Shown here in pieces: positions 52,331 to 64,000 of a stretch of 64,000 nucleotides of DNA. Both the position numbers and the translations under genes were made by a program. The notes beneath the pieces are model-generated. The model did no database searches, was not told the DNA's origin, and saw nothing but the letters and a program-made list of their open reading frames with translations. The stretch covers positions 39,248,001 to 39,312,000 of the forward strand of contig NC_045697.1 of NCBI RefSeq assembly GCF_009834535.1, read 5' to 3'. Numbering within the stretch: the stretch's first letter is position 1; each line of letters starts with the position of its first letter. The stretch is from Camelus ferus (lineage: Eukaryota).

Positions 52331-54319
52331 AAAAAACAGAAAGAAGAGGTAATACTTCTTAAAACAAGAAGTAAGAGCCGTGGCATCGAAATGGCTTAGA
52401 CTGGAAGCCAGAGACTGACTGGAGCCCAGAGAGGAAGGAATGTCAATGGCCAGTGACGGGTGGTGATAAGCAACTCCTGGCACAGGCGTGTTAATGTTGT
52501 GGAACCATAGCCATCACATGCCTCGATGTCAGGGTGACTGCAAACCTTCTAAGGCAGCAACATAGAAGACTACTTCAACTGGGCAGGTTTGTCCCCAGAT
52601 TCCTTCCTAGGTGCCTAGTGGAGTCTAATTATATACTTGGGACTCATGTTCTGAGCTGGTAAAGAGCTAGTGTAATAATTAAAAACCCCGAGTGTGCATT
52701 GAGATAGAACAAGGTCTAGAAGTGCAGCGTTAGAGAGAAACAGCCTTCCCATTTTTATACCATGAATATTCTTAGCAATGGGGAACCCAAGTTTTTCACA
52801 TGGGTTATGAAATAGGAAACCTCAGGACTATGGAGTTCAGCTTGGCAGTAATCATGTTTCTCCATTCTTATTCTTCCTTACATTTTTTGCTACATTTTAC
52901 ACAGTTGAAATAAGACTACATTTCCAGGGTTTTAAAAGTACAACAGAGTAGAGTTTTAAAGATCACCCTTAATCCTACCATATATTCACTCACTAATATT
53001 TTTTTGCATTTCCTTCTAAAATTTTTTCTACCTATGTATTTTCTCTACATATTATATTAGATATAAATTTCTTGCTGCCTTTAGCATCACAACTTATTGA
53101 TAAAACTGATCAAAAAGTAGAGAAAATGAGGAAATATGAAAATGATATGTATGTTCCTAAGATTTTCCTTCCAGTGTAAAACATTTGAATTTGCATCATT
53201 CACTAGCTTTTTGATACAGGGTAGATGTTTTCTTTGAGTACAGAATCACTAGTTCTGTATCTTCTTTCTTGTATGAACTCTTAGTGGACTCAATATTCTA
53301 CTTCAGTTTTGTTAGAGTGAAGCAAAGCATTCCTAATTAAAAATAAGAATGTTAAGTGTTTACAATTATTTTCCCCTTTTACAGCTGTCTCACCCATTCC
53401 TAATTTAAAAGCTCCTTTTTTTTCAGCAACCCACCTTTGTCCAGTCTTACCAAAGCATTCAACTTAGTTTCCAAGAAACAAAAACACTTTTGCACTCAAG
53501 TTACATCTTTTTTGTGATGTAGTTAAATGATGTGGTGCCAAGAATGAGGGCAACTGGCCTGAGCAAGTTAAGGAAGAGCTGCTGGTTCCAGGTCATCATA
53601 GACTGTAAGTGACAGGAGCAGAACTGGGTGGGCCTGCCAGAGAGGGGTCTACCAGCTGCTAAGGTTCCAGGAGTCACAGGCCTCACCAGTACCTCCTACA
53701 CTGAGACGGGAAAGCTCGGGAGCTGGGTGAAGGTTATTTAGAGAGCTTTCACCGTATAACCCGACAGTGAACTTCATTGTTCACAAACACTTGCGAGTCA
53801 TTTTATTTACTGCCTGAGGCTCGGTTCCCAGAAGTAGAATTATAAGGAAGCTTAGTAGGACTTCAGAAGTGACAGAGAGTGGAAGTCAGAGGACTTGCAG
53901 CTTAACAATAGGCTGGCCTGGAGGGACCTCATTGTGCAGGTGACACGTGGGCAAAGACCTGCAGAAGCCCTGTGAGATCCCTCCGCCTGATTTCACTCTC
54001 CTCCCCTCCCACTCAGCTCCAGCTGCCCTGCTTAGCTCTTCCCTCTTCCCCTCAGGCTCATGCCTTTGCACTAGTTGTGCCCTCTGCCTGGAGAGCCAAG
54101 GATGAGGTAAAAGGGGCAAAGCGTCACTGGTAAAACAGTGAACAAACAGCTACAGGAGACGAGAGCTGGGACCATTGCTTCTGGTTGATGGGACCAGACA
54201 AGGTCTTAGGGAGAAATGGTATTTCCAAATTGGTTTGCACATTTACCCCTCTTGCTGTCTTCCATTTCTCGTGCATACATCATGAAGTCACTTCTGTCTT
54301 CCACTTTGTGCTCTTGGAG

Positions 54320-54500
54320 GTGGTAGAGTTTAGAATCAGACTCACCTGGATTTGAATTCCAGCTTACTGAATGTGCCACTTTGGTGAGTTGGATTTCTCT
54401 GAGCCCTAGTTTTCTCATCTGTAAAACAAAGACCGTAATCCTTTTTTGAGGTTTGTTGGAAGAACAAGTTAAGTAACATATAAGGTTTGACAAATGATGA
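54320..54500 (+). mobile_element. MIR SINE
   Basis: 'cctggatttgaattccagc...tctctgagccctagttttctcatctgtaaaa'. Confidence 0.75.
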
Positions 54501-55556
54501 GAGAAGATACCACAGTTTAAAGAGAAATGGATCAGATAGTGAAGGATATTTTTTAAACTGTGCTAAGGAGCAGGTATCTTATTTTGTAGGTAATGGAGAA
54601 CCATTAAATTATTTTGTGCAGAACAGTGATTTAGAGTATGTTTGTTTTAGAAAGATAACATTAGCAGCAAGTGGAGGGTACAGTTTCAGAATTGGCTAAA
54701 TGAGACCAGGTAATATGATATCGCACTGTTGTGAGATGATAAATTCAGTTAAGCCTGGTAGTAACAGAAGAGGTGGATTTGATAACTGGCAATGAAAATA
54801 CATTTTCTAAATTTTATATCTTAACATTTAGTCAATTCTCAAAGTATAAACAAAATAAATAAATGTTTCTTAATCATTTTCTTCGATGTTTTGACCCAGT
54901 TTCCTACAGTTTGGCTTCAGGTCATCATGGATTTATTGTTTGAGGGATATATGACTTGAGGACCAACTGCTAGCGCTACCAGGAATAGGAAAGGAAGGGG
55001 GAAAAAAATCAACTGATAAACAGGAGTCAGAGAGTCTGGGAAAAGGAACTTAAGTAAACTTTATTTTGTGGCCCAACAGACATCACTTTAAAAAGCATTT
55101 CTCAGCTGTTGACTTTGAGAAATAATCACATCGCCTAGCTTGGAGCCTGTAGATAACCAGGAGGGATAAGGAAATGATGGTTTTGTTTTAACTGGTTGCA
55201 TTCCGGGCTGATCTCCCCGCGGAGCAAAGAGCAGATAGAAAGAGTGTGGAAAGACAGATCAGCGTAAATCTATCATCACTGACAGAAAAGCACCAGGGTG
55301 CAGGCCTGTTCAGTTCTGCCTAGGTGGGGAGCACCAGCTTTTAAATATTTAATTATTTTTGAATAGCTAATACATCCATATAGTTTAAAATTCAAAAAGT
55401 ACGAAAGGATATAGAATGAAAAATCTTCTACCCATCATATCCCCCAGGCACCCAGGTCCACTCCTCTGATAGTAATTTTGTACTTATCCTTGCAGAGATA
55501 TTTTATGTACATACAAGTAAAGATATTTGTTTTTCCCTTTTTAGTATAATTGGCAG

Positions 55557-55920
55557 TGAGACAGGATGAAAGCAGGCAGGGCACAGCCATTCAAGGAATG
55601 CTACAGCAATTAACATCAAAATGGTGAAACAGGCCTTGAGGCTCAAGGTGATGAGAGACTTAGCTTCTAGTAGATCTTGAGCGTCATTGTACTCTCATTG
55701 TAGTGTATTAACGTGGTAAATAACACACCCAGAGGCTCCATGGCAGTCCCAAGGCTAGCCACAAAAGGTCAAAGAGTGGAAATGGCCAATTTCCTGGGAA
55801 TCCCAGCCCCTTCCCCAGGCTACTTAGCCTGGTCCTTCCACTTATTAGCATATGAAGCCACCAAGCCCATAAAAACTAGCAACAAAACTAGGCACCTCGA
55901 GGCTCGCTCTCGCTCTCGCG

Positions 55921-55981
<61 letters not shown>

Positions 55982-56236
55982 CGGAGGCTGCCCACATTCT
56001 GTCTATGGAATGTGTACCTACTTTTAATCTGAGCACCCAACCCCAACACCTCGTGGCCTTTCTCTTGCCTTTCCATATATCTCTCTGAATAAATCTACCT
56101 TTACTCAACTGTGGCTCGCTCTTGAATTCTTCCCTGCACGAAGCCAAGGACCCACACTTGTTGGGCACATCCCAGGGGCTCAACTGAAGCCTGGGACATG
56201 GCCCTTCTCGTGCCCCACATCTGTTTTCCTGCATCA
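55557..56236 (+). mobile_element. ERV1-type solo LTR inserted in an old L1 remnant
   Basis: TG...CA ends with TSD gcag/gtag. TATA-like cataaaa at ~55868, AATAAA at ~56088, and an internal (CT)n tract at ~55905-55980. Confidence 0.85.
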
Positions 56237-56520
56237 GTAGCATAGTAAACATACTGCTCTAGATCTTGGGGTTTTTTTAAACTATCAATGTGTTTTGCTT
56301 GCTTTTTTTTGTCATTTTACTTACCAGTATATTTTGGAGACTCTTACGTATCAATACATGAAGAGTTTCATTATTACTAGATTTGGCTGTTAATATACCA
56401 TTGTATTGAAGCACTATCGTATATAGCTGGAGTAAGTTCAGAGTCTCTCACATCAAGTCACAGGTAGTCGTTCTAAAGACGTTTCTTTCTATTCAAGGTG
56501 AATATGTTCATCTCCCAGAT

Positions 56521-56750
56521 TAGTGGTTCTCACCTGGGGACAGTTTTGCCTTCCAGAGACATTTGGCAATGCCTGGAGACATTTTTTTATCATCACCACT
56601 GGGAGGTAGAGGTGTTGCTGGAATGTCGTGGGTAGACGTCTGAGATACTGCAAAACCTGATGTGCACAGGATGGTCCCTCCCTCTTTCTCTCTCCACAGA
56701 GAGTTATCTGGTCCAAAATGTCCACAGTGCAGAGGGGAGAAAATCCACCC
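56521..56750. mobile_element. MER20 (hAT-Charlie) element
   Basis: 'agtggttctcacctggggacagttttgccttccagagacatttggcaatgcctggagacatttt...ccaaaatgtccacagtgc'. Confidence 0.88.
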
Positions 56751-57467
56751 TGTGTCTACCTCCTCTCAGTCATAATACATACATCTTACAAAGCCACGTG
56801 TCCTTGACTCTGTGATCTCAGGTCAAAGCCAAGTAAAATAACGAGTGCGCCATGGTTCCACGGTACTCTTGGTTTTTGTTTCTTTTACATTTATATTATA
56901 TTAAAATTAATGATTTATAGGAACTGTGAGCTCCTCAAAGACATGAATGTACCTTATTTTTATTTGTATCCTGAATATCTGGTGCAAAGAAGACACTCAG
57001 CTTATTAAATGAATGAGTGGATGTTAAGAGTACTTTCTGATTGTCTCAGTGTGACTTAAGGGATTATTTTTAATTACAGACCTTTTTTTTTTCCACTCTT
57101 ACTTGCTCCACCTTTCTCTTAATTTCAAATGTCCAGTTTTCTTTTGACTTAGGTATTTTTTTCTAGCCTACAGAAGAACTGTACCAGGAAGTGTCAATTG
57201 GACAAGAAACATGGGCCATCCCCCTGACTTAAACTTACAGAAAGTGTACTTTATTACCACAGCGTTTGTCACTGAACTATATACTGTCTTGCTCATTTAT
57301 AGCTTCTGATTGAATCTGTCTTGTCTCCTCAAATGGATTGAAATCTCCTTAGGGGCAAAAATCATTAAAACTTTAAGGATCTCGTGAGGCCTGACTTAGT
57401 ACTTTACAGACTATAGAGCAGGAGAGTGACAGGTTGTTTGATTTCCTTTCTCTTTTCTTTAATTACA

Positions 57468-57500
57468 ACTCAGAGCACACTCAGAGCACACCCAGAGCAC
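57468..57500 (+). repeat. Short tandem repeat (actcagagcac-like unit, about 3 copies)
   Basis: actcagagcac actcagagcac acccagagcac read directly. Confidence 0.85.
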
Positions 57501-58520
57501 GTTCTGACCTCAGCAGAGAAACTATTCAAAGATGCTCTCTGACACTGGGGTCTTTAGGCACAGCAGAACGGCCAGGTGCCGGGCCCTGAGAGATGGATCT
57601 CCTTGCTAAATCGGGTCTCCCGCTGCCTGGGTTCTCTAGGGGTCCAGAGCCAGGCTGACCAGCTCCGTGCACACTCCCGTTTTCACATCTGTGTCCATCA
57701 CCGCAAACGCTGCCACCAGACACCTCCGCATGGTTCACCAGGATTGAAGGCCGCAGGGTCGGGGCCAGAGGAGAGACTCCTCCCAGTGTCTGACCTGAGC
57801 TAAAAGCAGAAATCACTAGTCAGCTTTAATGGGTCTCCGCTTAGCGCCCACTTTAGACCCACACACATGGGGGAGGCACTGTGCCAAAAGGAAGCAGGTG
57901 GAGCAGAGGCTGGGTTTTAGGAGAGGCCCCTGGTGTGGGTCGGGGAAGTTCTCAGCGAGAGGATGGGGAGAGGCATTGGATCAGCAAGGTCAGGGAGAAC
58001 TAGGCAAGGACAAGAAAACTTGTTTGTAAGGCTGAGTGGCGCTAAATATATCTTGCAGAAAATTGGGACGTGGGGCAGCTTTGATCCTATCTAACAGGAG
58101 TTTAAAATGCAAATGCAAAAAAATGCAAATGCGGAACTGCTAGGTTGATTTCTAATAGCTGGTTGTTTAACTACCATTTAGCCCTGAGATCCCTGTTGCC
58201 TTCTCTTTGCAATTAAAATAAACTTGCAGTTGAAGTCCTTCAAAGCCAAGTTGCAAGAGGAAAACATTCAGATCTGAGCATCTATCAGGCAAACCAAGTA
58301 AATGGTAAGAGACAGCTTGATGAGGGAAGGTAAAAAAAGAAAACGAAACTTAAAAATTTTAATCATCTTTTCCCTTGAAGTGTTCAAGTTTAAAAACATA
58401 CATTTTAAGGCATTTTTTTAAACAGCCAGTTTGATATTTAGCTATGAATTATCTCCACAGGCAGGGAAGTGGAGCTGTTGAAGGGTTAATTTTTGAAGGT
58501 TACTAAGACCTGAGTCTTGA

Positions 58521-59472
58521 TTTTGCTGAGACAGAACCCAAAAGTTCACATTTCCCACCTTGTTAGGCGATAGTGAGACCCCTAAATTGGGAGGCCCACC
58601 AAAGTGTGGCTCCTTGCCTGCTGGCTGGGAAGAATTCACAGCTGAGGCAGAGGGACAGAGCAGAAACTGCTTTTATTTCTCAAAAGAGTAAAGGGAAGGA
58701 AAGTGCTGGAGCAAGGAGAAGGAAAGAAAAGCGCTCGAGCATGGAAGAGGCGCTCAAGCAGGGAGCCGTCAGCCAAGATGGGCTGTAGGGACAGCTCCGG
58801 CCCGGGTCGGGCCACGTAGACTTCTGCGGAAGGCTTCTGCCATCATGTCCTTCATCACTGTGCTGGAGCCAATCAGCCCTTGTTGGAATCTTTCAGTCCT
58901 TGTATGGACTTTCCCAGTCGTTCTCCTGGTAGTCGTCAACTGCCATGGCCCTGTTGGGTGTGTCACTTAGCATGTTAATACATTACAGTGAGCATATCAC
59001 GAGGCTCAGGGTCCACTGGAAGTCACCTCCTCCACCATCTTGGACTGGGTTCTAACCAGCTCTTATTTCTTCTCTGCAATTGCCTCCTGAGACTCAGATA
59101 AAAATAATTGGTTTCTATTTGAGGGAGAGGCAGAGGTGTGATTCTGGGGGCAACAGCCTTGGTAACAAAAACGATGGTTGCTTTTAATCAGAATGCCAGC
59201 AGTCTGGTGGACCTAGCATCCCCCCTAAAAAAGGCCTCCGAGGATTCTGTTCAGCCATGAAAGTTTTAAAGGGAAATGAAGGAATAATCTCAGTTAATTG
59301 TTGAGATAGGTGGTCAGAGTCGTTGCCATCCCCCAGTGCCTGCAGGCTTGTCCTAATCACCTGTTTTAACCTGATCTTCTAGGACTCAGGGAGGCCTGGA
59401 GACTTCAGCTTTTCTATAAACAAGAGGTAGGGGTTGAGGGTGGGTGTGGGGACAGGGTCCTGCCCCCTTTCA
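58521..59472 (-). mobile_element. ERV1-type LTR (outer) interrupted by a second LTR
   Basis: The reverse strand starts tgaaagggggcaggaccctg, similar to ERV1 LTR 5' ends. The left boundary is approximate. Confidence 0.55.
58574..59167 (-). mobile_element. ERV LTR (inner)
   Basis: Reverse strand tgttaccaagg...ggggtctca (TG/CA ends), with a poly(A) signal as 'ttttatt' at ~58671 and an 'aagatgg' motif. No clean TSD. Confidence 0.7.
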
Positions 59473-60149
59473 ACATTATCGAAAAAGAATAGAGCTCATT
59501 ATTGTGTTTATTTTCAAGTTGGATCAAACTTTCCTCTTCAAATGATAGTCTTTGGGCAGGGGTTTGGGAGAAAATATAGTCAACTTTTCAAGTGTTGGAC
59601 CATTTAAGGTAGACTTTCTATAAATAGATTGCATAGTTTTTGCCTTCTTAGGCAAATGATGCCAAAATAATATTTTTAAAGTAATAATAATAATTCATGG
59701 TGGTGTATCTGTTATCCTCCACAAACCACGCAGGGTATTTCACTTAAACTCTGTAACAACTCTTTGAGGTAGGTAAATTCCATTTTGTGACATTTTTCCG
59801 ATGCCTTAGACAAGAGGACATTAATGAGCAGTCCTGGAAGGGTTTCCAGACACGACCCCCCTAAAATTATCTGCAGACAGGCATGTGTGTGTGTACGTTG
59901 TGTGTTTCTAGAGAGTCCGCAGTTTTTACCAGCTTCTCAGAAGCTGGTAAGTTGGATTAATCGTTAAGAAGAGTAGGAACTTCTGTGTTGCCTAGTCTAC
60001 CTCTGTTAGCTTGAACTAGGACAGTGGTTTCGAGACTATGTTTTCTGAGTTTCCTCTTGTTTCTCTTATTGTCTGATGATGCTTCTTGCCCAGGTCGTTG
60101 GGTTTGCCTCCAGAAAAAATGCTCATCTCTCGCCTGTGTAAAGTTAGTT

Positions 60150-60360
60150 AACAACGTGGACTCTGAGCCAGATGGTCTGGATTGAAACCTGGTCTCTCCC
60201 ACTTACTGCTTGCATGAACTTGCCTCAGTTTCCAGCTCTGCAAAGTGGAACTCAGAGTAGGACCAACCTCCTAGAGTTGTTCTGAGGGTTAAATAAGCTC
60301 ACACAAAAAATAAGTTCACACAGTGTTTGGAATATTGAAAGCGATACGTAAGTGCTTGCT
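60150..60360 (+). mobile_element. MIR SINE
   Basis: 'ggactctgagccagatggtctggattgaaacctggtctctcccacttact...gcctcagtttcc'. Confidence 0.75.
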
Positions 60361-61551
60361 GTACTGTAGGATTCTAATCGGGTGTGAATTTAGAAGCCAT
60401 CTGTTCAAATTGTATTTGACAAAAGAGGGAAGATATATTGGGGGTCGTCGTGCTTCTTAAAGCCCTTTTATACTTCTTAGTTTTTGCCCCGCCCTGCTTA
60501 CCATGGAATTCAATGAGATAACAAGCCATGCATATGTTTTTCTAAAACGCTGTGGAACACAAGACGAACTGAAGAGGGTAGAGATGTCGCTCATTTCTCA
60601 TGAGCCTTTATTAAAGGAGCCGTTATACCTGAAGGTCCACCTGTCATGGTTGGTGTCACCAAGCAACACAGCCCTTCTGATTTGCTTTAGACGCAGTTCG
60701 AAGGGAAGAACCAATTTTTCAGCTGGTACCTTTGAAGAGTGCATTTGAGGCAGCTGTTAGTGTGAGGGTATGATTTTTTTTTAAAGAAAAGAAGGCTCTG
60801 CTCTTCCTAGCCTGTGGGTGTTTCCTGGGATTGAATCACCGCTCCTTAAAAATGTGCACTGGCAGGCTCTGCAGGGTTCAGAATGCAAATGATCTAGGCA
60901 AAGGTTCCCGATTAAAGCGAGCAAATAAAATCGGATTGAATAAGATGCCAGCTGACATTTTTTTCTTTATCCTTTGCGTGAGGATGAAATAGTCTCTTTA
61001 CCTCTCACCTACCTGTCCTCTAAGGGTCTTTTTATCTCCCTCTGAAGGCTGAAAGCTGCTGTCAGATGGGTGGAGGCAGGGACGCCAAGGTCCCTATAAC
61101 ATTTTCCTAATGTCACTAAAGAGATTTGATGGCCTCCTGGAGCCCTTGTTCTAGCCGTGCGGCCGTTCTGAAGTGGGCAGAGGTCATTGCTGCCCACAGA
61201 ATGATCGCCATGACCAGCAGGATATCGGCACCTTCCTGGTCCAGGACTGCCAGGTCTCTCCATTCTTCCGTCTAATGCTCTTCCCACCAGAGCAGCTTTG
61301 GAGCCACAAAGGGCTGAGATTCCCTGCTGCTTGTCTTATTAAGCGTGGGTGTCTGTTATGAAAATAGGCAGTGTTTGGCAGAGCAGTGGAACCCACTCTT
61401 TTCAGAATGAGTGGTGGCAGTGGCAGCTTTCAGCAAGCCAGGCTTTTCATAAAGTGACCAGTGGTGAATGTCATTGTAGTCGGTGTTAGTACCATCCAGG
61501 CTGCTGCTTAGTTGCAAACCATTTACGAAAAGAAGTTTCCCTCTCCTCTGA

Positions 61552-61588
61552 AGATAGATGGATAGATTGATCGATAGATAGATAGATA
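61552..61588 (+). repeat. Degenerate (GATA)n microsatellite
   Basis: agatagatggatagattgatcgatagatagatagata. Confidence 0.85.
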
Positions 61589-61993
61589 CTTTCTCTTTCT
61601 TTCTTTCCATTTTTTTTCCAGAGTTACAGATAAAAGGAAGCGGCATAGAAGGGGCCCAGGCATTCCCATTCATTACAATTCAGTTCAACAGGAATTCAAT
61701 GTACTCAGCCTTGAGTAAGTTACTTAGTCTCTGGACCTCAGTTTCCTTCATTGTAAAATGTCAGTAAGGTCTTCCCTGCAGATTTGCTGTATGGCTGGAA
61801 CAAGGCTTTAAATCTTAGTTCAATTTTAAGGGCAGAGCACCAAGGGGACCTGCTATCATGAGTCCAGTTCCCATCAGACTTAAAGACAGACTCACCTAGA
61901 GATGCCATTAGCTTCTGTGTGATTCATGCCCGCTTCAGAAAGAAGTCAAAATGCTCCAGAGAGTCTTATAAGAAAACCCGTATTTGCTGGTGC

Positions 61994-62471
61994 TGATGAG
62001 ATGATAAGGACTCCTTCCTTGACCAAACTTTAATCGGGCTCTTCTGAGCCCACTTCTTAATTAGGCCTCAGTCCTGGGCTTCCGTGTCTGTCCTTGCAGA
62101 GTCCAGTTTTAGCAAGAATCCTACTAAGCCAGTTTAGAGAGAATATTCCCACCCATGGTATCTGATCATTCTCAGTTTCCAATCAAATTCTTCATCCTTC
62201 ACCGTCTCCCAGTTAATACCTGATCACCTGACCTACCTTCAGCAACACTCCCCCATCCATGCCATCTCTTCTTAATAATTCTGCATCCACTGACCACCCC
62301 TCCCCCTACAAACCCACTCCTTGCTTATAAATCCCACTTGTTCTTGTTGAATTTGGGGCTGAGCTCGGTCTCTCTCTCCTCCTGCCATAGGATTGACACC
62401 TATTGCAATAGTCCTGAATAAAGTCTTCCTTATCATTTTAACAAGTGTCAGAATAATTTTTTTCTCCAACA
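61994..62471 (+). mobile_element. ERV1 solo LTR (MER31-like)
   Basis: 'ctccttccttgaccaaactttaatcgggctcttctgagccc', TATA 'ttataaat' at ~62325, AATAAA at ~62417, ending ...ccaaca. Confidence 0.82.
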
Positions 62472-62504
62472 CAGATCAAAATTTAAAATTGAGGTTCTTT
62501 TAAA

Positions 62505-62730
62505 GAGGCTAACACTTATATGGTGTTTAACAGGTGCCGAGGCACTATTTGTTCTAAATGCTAAGTCTGTTCCTCACAGCATCCCAATGAGGCTGTGTAC
62601 TGTTACTATTATCCTCAATTTATGTATTAAACTGGGGCTTTGAGAGGTTAACTTACTTGCCTAAGCACACAAACCTAGAGCTAGGTAGTGAAACTCATAT
62701 TCTAATCCAGGGATTCTTGCCCCAGGGTCC
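62505..62730 (-). mobile_element. MIR SINE
   Basis: 'gctaacacttatatggtgtt...gtgccgaggcact...tgagaggttaacttacttgcctaag'. Confidence 0.7.
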
Positions 62731-62735
62731 ATGTT

Positions 62736-64000
62736 CTTTTTTTTTTTTTTTTTTTAACATTTTTTTATTGATTTATAATCATTTTACAATGTTGTGTCAA
62801 ATTCCAGTGTACAGCACAATTTTTCTGTTATACATGACCATATATATATTCATTGTCACATTTTTTTCTCTGTGAGCTACCATAAGATCTTGTATATATT
62901 TCCCCATGCTATACAGTATAATCTTGTTTATCTAGTCTACAATTTTGAAATCCCAGTCTATCTCTTCCCACCCCCTGCCCCCTTGGCAACCACAAGTTTG
63001 TATTCTATGTCTGTGAGTCTATTTCTGTTTTGTATTTATGCTTTGTTTGTTTGTTTGTTTTTTAGATTCCACATATGAGCAATCTCATATGGTATTTTTC
63101 TTTCTCTTTCTGGCTTACTTCACTTAGAATGACATTCTCCAGGAGCATCCATGTTGCTGCAAATGGCGTTATGTTGTCGGTTTTTATGGTTGAGTAGTAT
63201 TCCATTGTATAAATATACCACCGCTTCTTTATCCAGTCATCTGTTGATGGACATTTAGGCTCTTTCCATGTCTTGGATATTGTAAATAATGCTGCTATGA
63301 ACATTAGGGTGCAGGTGTCATTTTGGAGTAGGGTTCCTTCTGGATATATGCCCAGGAGTGGGATTCCTGGGTCATATGGTAAGTGTATTCCTAGTCTTTT
63401 GAGGAATCTCCATACTGTTTTCCACAGTGGCTGCACCAAACTGCATTCCCACCAGCAGTGAAGGAGGGTTCCCTTTTCTTCACAGCCTCTCCGGCATTTG
63501 TCATTTGTGGATTTTTGAATGACGGCCATTCTGACTGGTGTGAGGTGATACCTCATTGTAGTTTTGATTTGCATTTCTCTGATATTTAGTGATATTGAGC
63601 ATTTTTTCATGTGTCTATTGATCATTTGTATGTCTTCCTTGGAGAATTGCTTGTTTAGGTCTTCTGTCCATTTTTGGATTGGGTTGTTTATTTTTTTCTT
63701 ATTGAGTCGTATGAGCTGCTTATATATTCTGGAGATCAAGCCTTTGTCAGTTTTATTTGCAAAAATTTTCTCCCATTCTGTAAGTTGTCTTTTTGTTTTA
63801 CTTATGGTTTCCTTTGCTGTGCAGAAGCTGGTAAGTTTCACTAGGTCCCATTTGTTTATTCTTGCTTTTATTTCTTCTAGGAGAAAATTTATGAGATGTA
63901 TGTCAGATAATGTTTTGCCTATATTTTCCTCTAGGAGGTTTATTGTATCTTGTCTTATGTTTAAGTCTTTGATCCATTTTGAGTTTATTTTTGTGTATGG
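62736..64000 (-). mobile_element. Younger lineage-specific L1 (3' part; continues beyond the window)
   Basis: Long poly(T), 3'UTR and a 259-aa open ORF2 C-terminal segment (63062..63841). Confidence 0.96.

Noticed and set aside
55845..56252. ORFs with poly-ER / poly-SL tracts
   Set aside because: They are translations of the (CT)n microsatellite inside an LTR.
57468..57500. CRISPR-like or functional repeat array
   Set aside because: Three adjacent short units without spacers in a mammalian genome indicate an ordinary slippage repeat.
63062..63841. 259-aa ORF as a host gene
   Set aside because: It is the L1 ORF2 C-terminus of a retroelement copy.

Overview
This is mammalian genomic DNA. A tRNA-Ala-derived SINE of the vic-1 type at ~30.0 kb suggests a camelid. 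No recognisable protein-coding exon, functional RNA gene or CRISPR-like array was found. The main functional landmark is a CpG island at ~9.27-9.99 kb with GC boxes, a compound CTG/GCC repeat and a + strand splice donor at 9880/9881. This fits the promoter and first exon of a large gene, which I cannot name, so most of the window is probably its first intron. The rest is a mosaic of decayed L1, L2, MIR, MaLR/ERV LTRs and DNA-transposon remnants, some nested and some with readable target-site duplications (TSDs). The most interesting observations are a 277-bp perfectly identical tract between two otherwise diverged L1 copies 22.6 kb apart (gene conversion or assembly artefact), a run of tandem hairpins at 17.64-17.74 kb, a polyproline uORF candidate over the GCC repeat, an L1 5'UTR/Tigger/L1 3' chimera and a perfect fold-back palindrome at 59.93 kb. 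I do not see convincing evidence of a new protein-coding system. Repeat subfamily names come from recalled consensus motifs and need RepeatMasker/Dfam confirmation.
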